Assembly (NCBI RefSeq): GCF_963506605.1
Contig: NC_083287.1
Span: 34,286,001 to 34,350,000 of the forward strand
Origin: Zootoca vivipara
Lineage: Eukaryota
DNA length: 64,000 nucleotides
Direction: 5' to 3'
The translations under genes and the position numbers were made by a program. The notes under the pieces are model-generated. The model ran no database searches. It worked only from the letters and a program-made list of their open reading frames with translations, and was not told the origin of the DNA. Positions 14,807-30,359 of this stretch are shown here, one piece after another. Position 1 is the stretch's first letter. The number at the start of each line of letters is the position of its first letter.

Positions 14807-16022
14807 GCCAGAACTGTATCTAGAATGTAATTCTAATTATATACAGATAATGCAAAATAAAGGGAGGGGGGCTTTTTTGGTTGTTACTTGGATTTAATAT
14901 GTTCAAATTCAGAATATGCCAAACTAGTGACAAATGTGAGCTGCTGCTTCCCGCAAGCTTCTGGCTGGCCACTGTGGAAGCAAACTGCTAGATGAAATGG
15001 GTCATTGGCTTAATCCAGCAGGCTATTATGTTCTTATCATCATAACTGGAGACAGGCGATAAAAATCAAGCTGAGTTGTCTTTAAAAGAAGAAAAAGGAT
15101 GACTCACATGAGTAGTCACGTTCTTTAAAATGATATATGAAAGTAAAAAGGCTGGAACAAATTTTATCTGAACTTTAACCTTCTACCCACTTCTGGCTAG
15201 AAGCACAGATTCCACAAGTGTCACACAACACCTGATTTGTAAGCACATATTACAGGTACATGAAAAGGTGACGCAGCTAAACAAAACACTATGCACGAAG
15301 TACATTTTATATATAGTTTTAAGAAAGATCAACATATTTCCTTAAGAATATTGAACCCTCTCTCCGCCTCCTTCCACCATGCACCTCTAAATCAGATATG
15401 GTCACATGGGGTGGAATCTGCTTGCGCTATCTCAAGTCTTTAGTTGAGAACCCCCTGAGATTTAAAAAGCCAGTAAAAATTTTTTTACTTTTAAGGGGGC
15501 ATTTAAAAATTGCTTACTTTAACAGTACAGTACAGAACATAGGTTTAGTAAATCCCATAGATATATCATGTTTTGGTTGTCAAACATTTGGCAGTAGCAT
15601 TTCCCACTGAATTTCACATAATAGGTTTGATCTCTGCATGTGTGAGCTTAATCTGTAATGTAAAAAAGTTTCCAAGTTTTAACATGTGTATATGTATTTG
15701 TGTTGGAGGACAACACTTGGTTTAGTAATTGTTTTTAACATTTTAAATAAAATCTGTAAAATAATATTAGTTTGATCCAAAAGGTGCATTTCCACAAACT
15801 GAAGGAAACTGCATTCAATTAGTGGAAGGGGTTTTTGCCCATTCCCCTTTCACCCTGCAGCCCACCCTAAAGCCATCTCTTCTCCTTCTCCCTTCCCTCC
15901 CTCCCTCCCTCCCTCGCACACACACCTGTGAGCACACTCAGCAGTGAAGTGACTCTCAAAACATGTACCAGCATCCAGGTACAATTACAAATATCCCTGT
16001 TTCAGCCATGGTACAATTAAGG

Positions 16023-16178
16023 TAGTGTTTCGCAAGCTCGAACCAATTAAGGTAGCGTTTCTCAAGCTTGAACTCTGTTGTTGGACTGCAACTCCCATCA
16101 TCCGTAGCTAGCAGGATCAGTGGGATGATGGGAGTTGTAGTCCAACAACAGCTGAGGACCCAACCTTGAGAAACACTG
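16023..16178. mobile_element. hAT-type palindromic MITE with a 30-bp duplicated left end
   Basis: 8-bp TSD aattaagg at 16015, 16045 and 16179; TIR agtgtttc..aag / cttgagaaacactg; shared aactcccatcatcc core. Confidence 0.85.
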
Positions 16179-16377
16179 AATTAAGGAATTGGTGCTGTTC
16201 TAGGATTTAGAATCTGGTCCTAAAACTACTGTTCATAGTATCTAGGGGAAACTAGAGAGGTAACTGAAAGTAGAGGAACCAAATACATTAGATTTCCAAC
16301 TTGAATAATTTGACCAAGGCACTATGAGTTCCTGTGACCAAGGCACTATGAGTATCCCAAGTATAGAAAATATTACA

Positions 16378-17621
16378 GGTTTTGCCACCATGGTAAACAG
16401 CAGTTCCCATGATAGTGAACCCCAGGCATGCAGCCAATTAAGGATAATTTGAGAGTAATGATTCTTGCAAAAAACAAACAAACCCCGGTCGGGGGGGGGG
16501 GGAGCTCTCACTCGCAGATCGTCCAGTATCTGTCTCCCGCTCCTACAGAATGCAGGGGGCAGGGGACGCTGAATACATAGCACTGCACACATTGGAAACT
16601 CTCCAACATGGTCACCCTGAGCGGAGATTCTTCTGTTTTTTAAGACCTATCAGAATTCTGACTTAAAGAAACAGGCATGCTCTGGAAGAAAGAGACAAGT
16701 TAACCTGCTAAATGAATCAGCCACTGATTGCCAAGGTCTCGATCTGGAGAAGATTTTCGTCGTAATTGGATTGGTATGTGGTGGAGAGAAGCCTTAGTTT
16801 TCTCTTTTATATATTCACTATGCTGTTTTATGATTTGGCAACTCTTCACCAAAGAAGAAAATTAGCTACTAATGGATTGTAATTATTAATGGATTGCAAT
16901 TATTAATGGACTGCAAGAGGGAATCAACAAGGACTTTATAATGCTTATGGATTAATTGAAAGATTAATTGAAAGAATGGAACTGTGTGGAAAATATTGGG
17001 ATGTTCTATGGCAATACCCTCCTACAGAGGACTAGAACTTTGATTTACTATGGTGTTGGCGAGATATCAGCTTGTTATTAGATGGGAAAGAATTCAAAGA
17101 AAATGCTGGAAGTGAGCCTGGAGTAATGGCCAGACGCCAGAGGTCAGACCACTTTCGGTTTTAAGAAAAGCAAGATAGTGAAAGGTCACTAGCAGTAAAA
17201 TTGAGTCCTTGGAGTGGGATGGAAATGCCGAAAATGATTGATTGCAACAAGAAAGGAAGGTTGAACATTATTTTTTAAAAAATCACACAGAGTTATCAGA
17301 TATAAACTCCACTTGCAAATTAAAGGATATGGAACAGTTAAATATGAACAAAAGTCAACACATCAGTGGCTGTTAAAATAAAGGATCAACATCGGAACTG
17401 TATTATTTGGATTAAGTAAGCAGATTGGAGTGGGAACAAGGAATCAACTTCTCCTAAAAATCTCATAACATGGGAAGTCAACATGACTTTGGGAAGTCAA
17501 CCAAAATGTTTAATGTGGAATCTGACAATTGGCTTTTTAAATTGAATTATGATTTGGTATTGTATTAATGTGGTCTATATTGGATTGTTATTACTGAAAA
17601 ATTAATACAATTATAAAAAGA
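16378..17621 (+). mobile_element. Non-autonomous retro-insertion of about 1.24 kb, probably L1-mobilised
   Basis: 13-bp TSD agaaaatattaca at 16365-16377 and 17622-17634; GC-richer 5' part, A-rich 3' end, no plus-strand ORF in the track. Confidence 0.7.
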
Positions 17622-17879
17622 AGAAAATATTACATATCTACCTAAGTATCACTGCAATTATAACTGCAACACTTACCGGTAGCTGTCATCAATCTCAGCT
17701 AACAAATCGTTGACAAATTTCTAATAATGTGATATCTTTAAATTTGAATGAGAATTAAAATAGTTGTTCAAAATGAAGTTTCTAATAAGTCAAACCTTAA
17801 TACATTGTCCAAGGCAAGTAAACCTGCCAAGAAAAATATCAAGAGTCACATGCAATGTCTTATCTAAAGCTAGAATAGC

Positions 17880-18245
17880 TTTAACCTCTACCCATATGTA
17901 CCAATCTGGACCCTGAAATCACTACCTGAGGCCCTTCTTTATGAGCCTCCTTTATAAGAAGTCCAGAGGGTGGCAACATGAGAACAGGCCTTTTCTGCAG
18001 TGGCTCCCCATTCTGGAATGCTTTCCTCAGGGAGCGTCATCTGGCACCTTCATTACATATCTCTAGGCAACAGGTGAAAAACATCTCTTCAATCAGGCCT
18101 TAGGCTGATTAACATTCTATGGCCCTTTAAATAGGTTTGTGGGCAGGGAGGGGGGTTGCTGGCTTGTTTTTTGTTTTATTGTGTATTTTTTGTTCTTATT
18201 TTGCATTTTTATGTTGTTACCTGCCCTGTGATCTCTGGTGATAAT
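17880..18245 (+). mobile_element. L2-type LINE 3' fragment
   Basis: Homologous in the opposite orientation to the element at 36519-37910 (aggccttttctgcagtggctcccc). Confidence 0.7.
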
Positions 18246-19009
18246 AATAATAGCCTATACCCAATCTTACACATACATCATAATATGGAAATTAGTATGC
18301 AGTTGTTAAACACTTTTATTGGAGAATATAGAATCCATATGTTGAGGCAGAGATTCCATTCCTATTCCAATTTATCCTGAGAGACTCTTCTTAAAGGCCC
18401 TCTAGGATATGTTCATTCCAACAACTGGCAACAGACTAAAGGAAAACTCTCTCTAGATCTCTTAATAAGTAACAAATCCCATTCCCACAACATGGGGAAT
18501 GACAGGGAAGCCATTAGCACAGGCCTAAACAGACCCACCAAACCTCTTCTGGAAGGTTTTTTTGACAAAGCCATGCTCACCTGCCCTACAAAGCAGGCCC
18601 AAAGGGGATTTCAGCCCTGTGCAGAGCCCCATTCACAGAACCTTGCAAGCCCTCAGAATCAGTGGACAGTGCTGGGTCTTTATCTGTATAGCTTTATTTC
18701 AAACTACGCAGGCAAAAACAGGTCACCTGATGTGATGTCAAGTGATTGACAAGTGAGTGGCCCACCTGCCCACTGGAACCTGTGCCCCTGCATTAGCTGA
18801 AAGAAAGGGACAGTGGGCTTATGCTTGTAAAGAACTTTGGGAGCTTCCAAGGGTAGCCTCTGCACTGTCCACAGAGGCCATAAGATGAGTAACTTTTGCC
18901 TAGGGCAAGCTTTTTCATGCAATTCAGATTGCTATGTTGTCATTGTATTTGTTCTTGTACCCATTCAGAGAAATCTCTTGGCCAATCTCCTGGAAGCAGA
19001 AGCCACCCA

Positions 19010-19975
19010 CTGGAAATGGTAATTAAAGGATTTGGAACACAGTGTCAACATGTTGCTGGCACCCAATATACTGATGACACCCAATTCTATTTCTCCAAAA
19101 CATCTGACTCAGGTGTAGCAGCACAGGAGCTGGACCAATTCATGGGAACAGTGGTGTGCTAGATGAGGACCAATAAAGAAAGCTGGTAGAAGCTCTGTGG
19201 GTGAGAGGCTCCCAGATTCAGAAAATAGGTTAGCTGCCTCTTCTAGATGAGGTTACACTCCCTCTGAAGAAGCAGGTGTGTAGCTTAGGACTGCCCCTGG
19301 ATGTCAGCTGATGCAACAGCTACAACTATTCCTGGACTGCTAGATACCATAGCTTAGCTATGGTAGTCCAGGCAATCATAGTTTAGATTGGATTACTGCA
19401 ATGCCCTCTTTATGGGCCTTCCCTTAAGACTGGATAAGGCATCTGCAGCAAGGTTGTTATAGCAGATGCCCTATCAACAGTGCATAATACCTGTGTTGAA
19501 AGTGCTACACTGGCTGCCAATATGCTACTGGGCCAAGTCTAAGGTCTTGTTATTTACATATAAAACCTTGAACAACTTGGAACCAGATTACCTCTGGGAA
19601 CTCCTTACTTTGTATGCCACTGGCCAGGCACATCAGTCTTCAAGAGAGGCAGTCTTAGTTGTTTTGTATGCTCCCACAGTTCATCTTATGTCCACTACCG
19701 GTAAGAAGAGGACATTTTATGTGGTGACATCTGTCCTTTGGAAAATGCTTCCAATGAACATCAGGCAGGCACCTACAGCACTGGCATTTAGGCACCTACT
19801 TAAATCTTAAAACTTAACCCAAGTTTTCCCTGAGGGGTGATCCAGTTATGCTGATGTATTAATTTTACTTACTGATTTGTGATGTATTTTGTGCTTGTTT
19901 TATGAATGTAATTTTATTGTTGATTTTATGCTGTTCACTGCCATGATTTTTTTTATAGTGGGCAGTATACTGTAC
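19010..19975 (+). mobile_element. Degenerate L2-type LINE ORF2 3' part
   Basis: RT remnant QYTDDTQFY and the L2 C-terminal motif LHWLPI..KVLLFTYKTL in the ORF track. Confidence 0.8.
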
Positions 19976-20159
19976 ATTTTTTTAAAAAAAAAATTGGTTC
20001 CCCCCCAGGATTTTCAAATATAATTTCAGTTTCTGTAACTGAACTACATTAATTTGATTAACATATGAGCTGGATTTTTTCATATAATGACCAAAAAACT
20101 ACAGCATTATTTAAAAAGCGTTACTTCTCCATCATATTCTCTGCACTACATCCAACTTA

Positions 20160-20318
<159 letters not shown>

Positions 20319-21744
20319 CTAGAAACACATAAGTATTAATTATACTGCAAAATTTGCAAACCAAGCAACTATTATTTTAAAATTTATTTTTTAAGTATTT
20401 TGGTGAGCTCTCTTGCATTTGATACTTCTTGAAACTAGTAGTTAGAAAATGTTAAAACTTATTCTTTTGTAATTAACTATCAATTATAAAAAGCTAAGAA
20501 AAAACTATTTAAATCATTCTGTTTAACAAATAAGTAGTTTTGTATACAGTTCTGTAATTAACATGTCAGGTATACATGACTGCCATTAATAGAAGGAGGT
20601 GTGGCAGCCTTCCAATTGTTATAGTGTGTTGCCAGGAGCGTGTTTAATGTGTAGTTTTTCTAAAGGAGCTGGGACTCAGAATATTATAATAGTTCAGCCA
20701 GACCAATGAAAGCTGAAGTTAGCCCAGAAGGGTGAGAAAGCTTCCATGGTGTTTTCTGTTAATATGCCTGCTTTGTCTGGTTGGCCACTGTGAGGATGCT
20801 GGACTAGATGCACCTCAGCCCTGATCCAGCAGGGCTCGTCTTCTGTTTATGTTCTTACATGACAAAAACATCCAAGAAGAAAAAAAAGTTCTACAACTTT
20901 CATTCCACATTACTTTTAGTGTTTTAGATTTGCAACTCAGGGGATAGGAGTAATTGTTTTAAGGAATAATTTGAATTAGTGGTTTCCAAAGGTACCTGCA
21001 ACTTTTACTAAAACATAGTCAAAGCTTCTTTTAAATTTAGTACGGGTAGTTATAGCTAAAGTGCTTTTAAGCACAGTTGCTTCTATCAGTGGCTGAGGCT
21101 TATGTTCAACGGGTGCAGAGGGGAGATGTGGAATAAACTGTGGCTTCAGCACAGATGAATTGCCAAAACAGCAGTGTTTTTCCTTCGCCAGGCCCAATAT
21201 TTGCACAGAGTGACATCAACTTCATTATTTTTATTAAATTCACTACCCGCCCTTCACCAGAAGGCTCCAGGGTTACAATAATTTAAAATTCAGTATTAAG
21301 AGCAGCCAAAACAAATTAGTCACAGGAATAGGGTGACTCTTGAAAATACACATCTCAAGTGTCAAAAGCCAGGGTAAAGAGATGCATCCTAGAGGCTTCT
21401 ATTCTCAAGATGTAAAGTCTTTGATCTTCTGGCAGAAGAGAAGTTAACCCTTTGCTGTCTGCTCTTCTATAAAATGAAAGATAATCTACTATTTTCCAAG
21501 TCCTTCCTAAGCACTCTCATTTTGGGTGATATAATCTATACTGACTTCATGTGCTACCATTAGTCTAGTTGTGAGCATTTACAGCAAGAGGAAAGTAAAT
21601 GTGATATACTTCTAATGAGCTCCTTTTTTGTTTAAAGCAGCCATATCTGAAGGTTTCCATAACTGGAAAGTCATACAAAAAAAAGCAATTCTTTTCCAAT
21701 GGTAAGAACAAATTTCTCTAAAATTAAGTTTATAACATTTTCTA

Positions 21745-22041
<297 letters not shown>

Positions 22042-22495
22042 TTAGAAATGCAAGCCATTGTTGAAGAGACCTCCTAAGTAGGGTTGGATGCAACTGTTGA
22101 AATCTGTTACACATGCATCATGAAGTTGCAAGTTCATCCTTGTGCAAAACACTGGGAACTCAGTTTTAGGGCTGTCACACATTTATTTATTTAGTATACT
22201 GCTCTTCATCTGAAGTTCTCAAGGTGGTTCACAACACTTCTGTTTGCACCACCGCTTTCCCCTGGGAAAACTTGTGGTTTAGTGCTGAATCAGAACAAAC
22301 ATCAGTTGGGTTTTCTGCAGACTGCTGTTAGTCCCAATTTAGCACTAAGGAGCAGGTTTTCCGGGGGAAAGCAGTGGGGCAAAGGCAAAACCACTCGGAC
22401 CCACATCTAGGAAGTACAGGACAAGCGGAAAACCACTTTGAAGTGTTTGAAGTGATAAATAAATGTAAAGCTAGCCTGGTGTAAGTTAAAATTTA

Positions 22496-22645
<150 letters not shown>

Positions 22646-23802
22646 TCAAGAAAACGAATACTAAATAACTAATACTAAATAACCTTAGCATATAATTTGA
22701 TTTTCTCACAAAATTGCCAGTACACAGGATATATGGAAACTATTTTCAGTAATGAAAAGTTAGACTTGTGTTGAATTAAAATTCAATTATCAGCTGTTTC
22801 ACTGGCAAGCAAAAAGTCACTTCTTGTGTGTGCGCATCAAGAAAGAATTCTTGTGATATTTTAAATGAAAGTACAGTCTATAATTATTTCAATAAATATA
22901 TTTAAAAAATCAATACAATTATTGTATTGTACTTGATGTTACCACTCTGTAAAAGATAAAACTGAGGAGATATTAGTGGGAACTGTTTAATTCTGCCATA
23001 TAACAGATAGCTATGGTTACTATAAAGCGCTGAGTGGCAAATAGAAAACCCTTAGAGACTAGGGATTGATGATCATAACACTAAATTATGACTTGGCACT
23101 CCATGAATAAGTCTGCATGACTCTCAAACTTGCACACACACCCTCCCCTTTCTTCTTTTGATGCAGCCCCAATGAGATATTTGACTTTCAGTTTTAAAAT
23201 TAATCATAGCTCCCCACTTTATCTGAACTTGCAGAAACTGTGGGAAGCTCAGACAAGATCAAATATATGGCTTATAATGTTGGCTTGTTCATGAACCATT
23301 GTTTAATCACAGTTCTCTCAACTGGGAGCTGTGGTTAGTTTAAAACTAGAAAGCAAATGCTTCTGATCTACTCCTTGCAAAATTGCCAGGAGAAGGAAGC
23401 ATGTAAGTCTGAAGCTTGCGAAGGTTAACATAATACTAAATCACAGCATAGTGTTACATCTGATGTAACACTTGGTGTCAATTTCCAGTTTTACCTTGGA
23501 AAAACAAGACACTCCTCCCATCTTCTGATGACATTCAGCAAAGCTAACTTCCTTAATTTGAGATACGTACATGCTGAGCAAGTAGCTGCAATTATATGCT
23601 CAACTCTACAACTAAAAACATAATGAAAAGGTACCGTGCAATAAACTAGATTTAAAACAGGATACAAGTTTCAGACTGGCATTTTAGGACATATGCCACC
23701 AAAAAATTGAAGACAAATCCTTTAATTCTATATGGGACAAAATAAGCTTATGAACTTTTAGAGATATTTCCAATCCCAAATTTCATAAGCTTCCCCTACT
23801 CA

Positions 23803-23949
<147 letters not shown>

Positions 23950-24777
23950 TTAATTTCCAGTTTAGTTATACTCTCTGCCATTTTAGTGACATGCTAGCTA
24001 CACAAAGTTAAAGACAGACTAAACAATCAGCATTGTCAGCTAGCAATTTCATATTTCATATTGTGAAATGGGCACGCAAGTGTAAAACGCTATTTAATCA
24101 CATCAACTGGCCAAATATAAAGTAAAATGTTACTCTGCAAAAAGAAACATATTATCCAGCATGTGCTAGATTTCAGTATTCCATCACTATATAAAGCAGG
24201 GGATCCAATTTGGCCCGCAACACCATTTTTCCAAAACCATGCCCACCAGTCAATCCACTGACATCTCTTCAATAGGCAGGTGATGTCAGATTATGGATGA
24301 AGGTGTGGTTCAATCCCATGTTGTTTGTGCACACCCACAAGGCAACAAGATTTTACCCCCCACTCATCAACTGATTGGGGTGTGCGTGTTAAAGCCTGCT
24401 CAGAACCCTGCAGAGAACATGACTGAATTGATGAGTTTCATCTTGATAGCTGCTGCTTTTCTGGTTATTGTCCTCACCCCCACCAATGTAAGTCAACTCT
24501 GACAGGAGGGTGGGCCCATCCACATATCAGTGACCTAATGTGATTGTAATATCAGATGATGTCCCACCCACCTGTCAAAGTGAGCCAGCTGAGGAGGGAG
24601 AAGATAAACATCTGGCTGATCAGGACCAAATACACAAATTATTTTTAGCGCAAAAAGTGAAAAGTGAAAAATGACTAAGTCCCAATAATTGAACAAATGT
24701 TGGGGTAATAAAAGAGTTACACAGATGAACTTTTGAAATATACTTCAATTTTTTGAATAAAGATTGAATAAAGATTA

Positions 24778-24942
<165 letters not shown>

Positions 24943-25966
24943 TCAAGCTGACAGAAGGAAAACAATAGTGTCACATAGCAATAAGCAAAGCAATAAGCTT
25001 CACACTTAGTGATCATTCACCTGCAGTCCATTTCTCCCCAAATTAAGTCTACAGTGAACAAATCTTATTGTAGCAAAACCCCAGTGGACTTCATTAAAAA
25101 AAATTAAAAAAAATAAGCAAGTACAGTACTCAGAAGTGTAAGCAATTCTGGCGGGTGGGTTTTTGGGTTTTATAAAAGCAATCTCTTTCAAGTACTTGTT
25201 GGTGCCAACCCACAATGAAAGCACAGAGGAGTAATGGTTTCCTCCAAGTCATCCAAATCAAATGACAGCTGAACTCTCACCACTTGTCTCCTGCATATTC
25301 ATGCATGCCACCACACAGTCCATATGTGAACCCAGCCTGCATCATGTATCCACCCTTAAATAAATGTACATCACTGTGCACATACCATATGGTAATACTA
25401 GGGCAATATCTTTTTTAGACAAACCAAAAGTTATGAACAATACATTTCTGTTTTAACTAGTTTAAGAAATACAAAATAAAATTTATTGTACTATTTCTGT
25501 TTTTGTCAGGAAACCATATGGAAACTTTCAAGTTAAGAATCCTTTGAGATGCAGAGTTATATGAAACTCAAAATATTAATACACACCTACACACACCAGA
25601 AAAAGATTCATATTAAAGTTTTCGTGTTAGGAGATCTGGTCAAATGCAGTATTTAAAACAGCATTCTGATGATAGCAATGATCATGTTTACAGACCCACG
25701 GTTAGAGCAGTAACATCATCTATTGCTTTCCAAAAGACACACACAACTGCAAACACACACCACCTGGCCCATCACAGAAGGTAGAATCAAAAACTCATGA
25801 ACGAGTGAAGTTATATAACAAGTCTTACAGGCTTTAATAAAATATAAGGTTCCTGACTTATTCACAGCATTAATTTACCTCAAAATAAACCAGCACAGAA
25901 AGCTTTTGCATACATCTATCAGTATAAAATGTTTAACAGCAGCAAATAGCATAGGGACATCAGCTA

Positions 25967-26221
<255 letters not shown>

Positions 26222-26224
26222 TTA

Positions 26225-26425
<201 letters not shown>

Positions 26426-29400
26426 TTAGAATATAATGCAGGTTGGACAGCATAGTATTTTAGAGAAGCATATTTCTTGACAAAAGCACACCACTGATGT
26501 TTGTAATTTCCAAAACAAATACATTTAGATTTTAACAATATTTGAGTTTTTTTCACTATATTCCACCTTAGTATGCAAGTATCTCTTACTCCACAGCCAA
26601 TTAAGCAGTTGATTTGTGCCTCTTCAAAGGGGTGTAATTGTTCTGTTAAGAAGTTCAGATTACAATTATCCAAAAGTATTTATCAAAAGTGTTGAGTTAG
26701 TTCCCCAGAAGAGCAGAATTCTAAACTCCTTCAGATGGGAAGCCTACATGAGCACAGAAGGCTTCCTGATAGACTTCTAGTACGGTATGTGGAAGATGAA
26801 GAAGCTAATACTGTAATGGGAACACAATGATGTGGGAGGGGCCAATGAACTTGCCCTAATTTCTCTTCCACCAGATAGTAACTGAGTGGTACACACTACA
26901 CAATTTGTCAAAAAAAATTGTTAGATATTAAACATGTCAGAAAGTTGCATGATCACCTATAGTAGTACATTGTTGCATTTACTCAACTGGAGAATCACAG
27001 ATACTGGTGCTGTCAGGTAGGCACTCAGCCTGTCTGTTTCAAAACTGGACTGCAGATGTAGCAGCCACAGCACTGTACTTAATTGTTCCAATTCAAAAAA
27101 CATAATGGAAAGATGTATTTGTAGATACATCTGGCAGGAGAGAGCACAATCGTATGCAGAAGTAAGGATAAGGTTATGCTTGGTTGCCTGAAGTCCATTC
27201 TGACTGTTACAAATGAGCAGGCAAGTACATATTTCCAAAGCTTTGCCAGAAGAACTGAATGAGTGTTAAATAACAGAGCTTAGGAATTGAGTACCGGTAT
27301 ATGTTTTGAGGCTTTTTAAAATCAAATATTGGCAGCAAGTACGCACCTTATCTCTCTGTTACAGCAGAGGGAAGGAGAGCATTAGTCTCTCTTCATACTT
27401 TAAAACTACAATGAATTCTCACACAAACGAAATACAAGACACAAAGTGGCACAAATCTGGAGGATGAACATGGGAGAACAGGACCTGAATAGAGCTATCA
27501 GTTGAATCATGTGAGACATGACAAGTTTGTGGGTGTTAAATTCACTGAAAGTTACCCACAGTGTGAGTTCAACACCCAGAGCATTCCTTTTTACTCACAT
27601 TTTGATATGACAATGTGTCCCAGTTCACATAAAAAAAACTCCCCAAATATGGTTCTAAGTTGAGATAATAAAACACTGGGGTTTTCTGAATGAAAATAAT
27701 TAACATGCTATAATACAGAAAAATCTACTTCTAATGTATAGAGCTAAATGAAAGGCAATTTCTACAGACTAGATCAACTAAGAATACATTAATGGCACCA
27801 TTAATGTTTAGAGCCTTAGTTTTAACTGTGCCGGCCTTTTTCTTCTTTTTGTAAGAGAAATACACGTTTGCCTGCACACTGTGCACAGGGTTCCATGAAT
27901 GTGCCATTGCACAAACCGGTAAATCAATTTCTGGTGCCTGAACATTCAACATTAACTTACCCACCTCCATCTATAACTCTGGAACATGTAAATATGCATG
28001 TGCAAGTGTCAGCATACCAGCTTATACAAGATGCTGAGCATGTGAAATTTCACAAAGGTAAAGGGAAAAACCCATAAACATAAATCATGGCTATAACCTC
28101 ATTTAAGCCAAGTCTTCCCGATTGTAATACATATTTACAACAGATGATGATAGCAATGTTCAAATGCTTCCTGTAAAATACACTAGTATTTGGAATATTT
28201 ATTAACTTTTCACCTTTAAGTGTGAATATCATAAGACCTGGAACACAATAAAACAAATCTTTAAAAAATATATTACTGCCTCTCAATAACAATAATATTC
28301 CCACCCCTACCCCCCAGGACTGTGAATGAAATGACCCAAATTTGTATTATCCATGATTAATTTTCATTCAAATACATTGCTTTTTCTTTATTTGTGTATG
28401 TAATTGAAGTACTGTATATATTATTGATTTAATAAAGTAAAAAAAATGAATACTATTCTGTTTGTCATTAATATGGGAAGAGAGCATCACATGATAAGCA
28501 AAGAGGGGACTGATCATTTCCCCTATTTTCTTCAGTTCCATTGCATGCCTGCATTTACCTTGACCACTCCATACCATCAGACCAAGCACTGAGACCATTG
28601 CTCTGGAAAAGGCAACAGACAGAGCCAATCTGGCTTTTCACACCTAGCCACCCTCTCATTCCCCTCAACCAAACACAAACCCATACCAACAATGAACCTG
28701 CATAGATAATTGAGAGAGAGAAAAGCCTCTCCCACAAATACAGCCTGAAGGGATGGAAATGTTGACATATATGCATGTCTGGACCACTGCAGCCCCCATG
28801 CTTCCCCACTGCTGGCTTGACAGGTTTTCTTCCACTGCAACCTTGTTCTTAAGTGCATTGTGTGTATTTTACCCATAGAACCAAATGTGAGATGTTTGGG
28901 AGAAACTAAGCTCCTGCACTCAGGGATCCCAGTGTCTGGTGAGAATGGTAGGTTTCCCTTACCTCAGCTATATCTTAGACTTCAAGTTCAACCTATTTAT
29001 TGTGTCCTATGGAACTCAGACAACTGTTTTGATAGATGTAACACTTCATATTCGTAGTCAAACTCTGAGCCTGCTAGAGTTTGGCAGAATGTTATGAATA
29101 GAGCATTACAGAGAAAAAAGCACATATATGCTAAGAAGAGGCTGATATAAACAGACCAGCAAAGTGCACATTTTTAAAGATGGAGGGTGGTTGTGAGACT
29201 GCTCCCTGGTGAGATGACACACCATGGTTCAGTGAAATCTATGCCATGCCGTGTGAGACATTTTTTGCCTTTACTATAACAGCGCCACAAAAACAGTCTT
29301 TAATCTCCCCCCAATAGAATGAATGGCAAAGCTAAACCATTCATTTATATAGGGAAGAACTCCAGGGACACAAACACATGGGAACTAAGCCAGACACAGT

Positions 29401-29699
29401 ATCTGTGGTAAGGGGAAGGCTTTTTCTCCGCTTATCAATAGGAGCTTGTCATTACCGTTACACCAGTTCTCTTCTGCAGAGACATCACCTGTGTTTTCCT
29501 TAGTCACATTAATAGAACAGAACCCAGGATATGGTCATCACTTTCCCTCCATATGCTTTGGAGTAGTACCATGACATTCAACACAGACTGTTGTCAAGCT
29601 GAGATCTGGTTAAGTATAATTGAGCTGCGAGGTAGAGAGATTGCATCCTGTATAGCTAATGGGACAAATACAAACTCAATATTTCTCTCTTGGCATTCA

Positions 29700-29820
29700 C
29701 AGTACAGTACAGCATCAGACTCTTAATCTCAGGGTTGTGGGTTCAAGCCCCATGTTGAGCGTAAGATTCATCTAGGGTTGGACTAGATGACTCTTGTGGT
29801 CCCTTCCAACTCTGTAATTC
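29700..29820 (+). mobile_element. tRNA-Lys(CTT)-derived SINE with a CR1-like 3' tail
   Basis: agcatcagactcttaatctcagggttgtgggttcaagccccatgttg matches the tRNA-Lys-CTT anticodon and T arms, followed by gggttggactagatgac...cccttccaactct, similar to the CR1 3' ends in this window. Confidence 0.8.
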
Positions 29821-30359
29821 AAAAGCGCCTGATGGGGCCAGAATCAGGCAGGCTATACACCTTCACTCACCTGACAAATACCCTAACACAGATCGCATTC
29901 CAATCTCAGAAACTGTCACTTGACACATCTACCGGTAACAGCGCACATGCAATTAGATGTAGCAAATTCACAGATGGGAAAGGAAGAAGGGAAAGAGTTC
30001 TGCACAGATGCTCAAGAGGCAGCATCAGGAAGGTATAAGGAGAGGGGAGGGGAGAGGGAGGGAGAGAGAGAGAGAGAAGACAAATGCAAAACTGGAGGGA
30101 ATTCCCTATTCTGGTCCCGAAGTCTACCTAAGCAGAGTTTAGCTGCCCTCTGAGCATCCTGTCACACACACCCCCACCATTCAGAGCCAGCGTGGTGGAG
30201 GAGATGCTGGGGTTCCCTCCCTGCTGTTAAATGCAAGAGTGGAACTGGGGGGGGGGGAGAGCGGGGTGGTGGCGCTTACTCCGGATTAAGGCAGCAAAAC
30301 CTGAAGGCATTTACTGTGCAAGCCCCTTGAAACACAGCGGGGGTGCACTGCAGAGCAGG

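Noticed and set aside
29700-29761. Possible tRNA-Lys gene
   Set aside because: The 5' acceptor stem and D-arm are missing or degraded, and it is fused to a CR1-like tail, so it is treated as a SINE.
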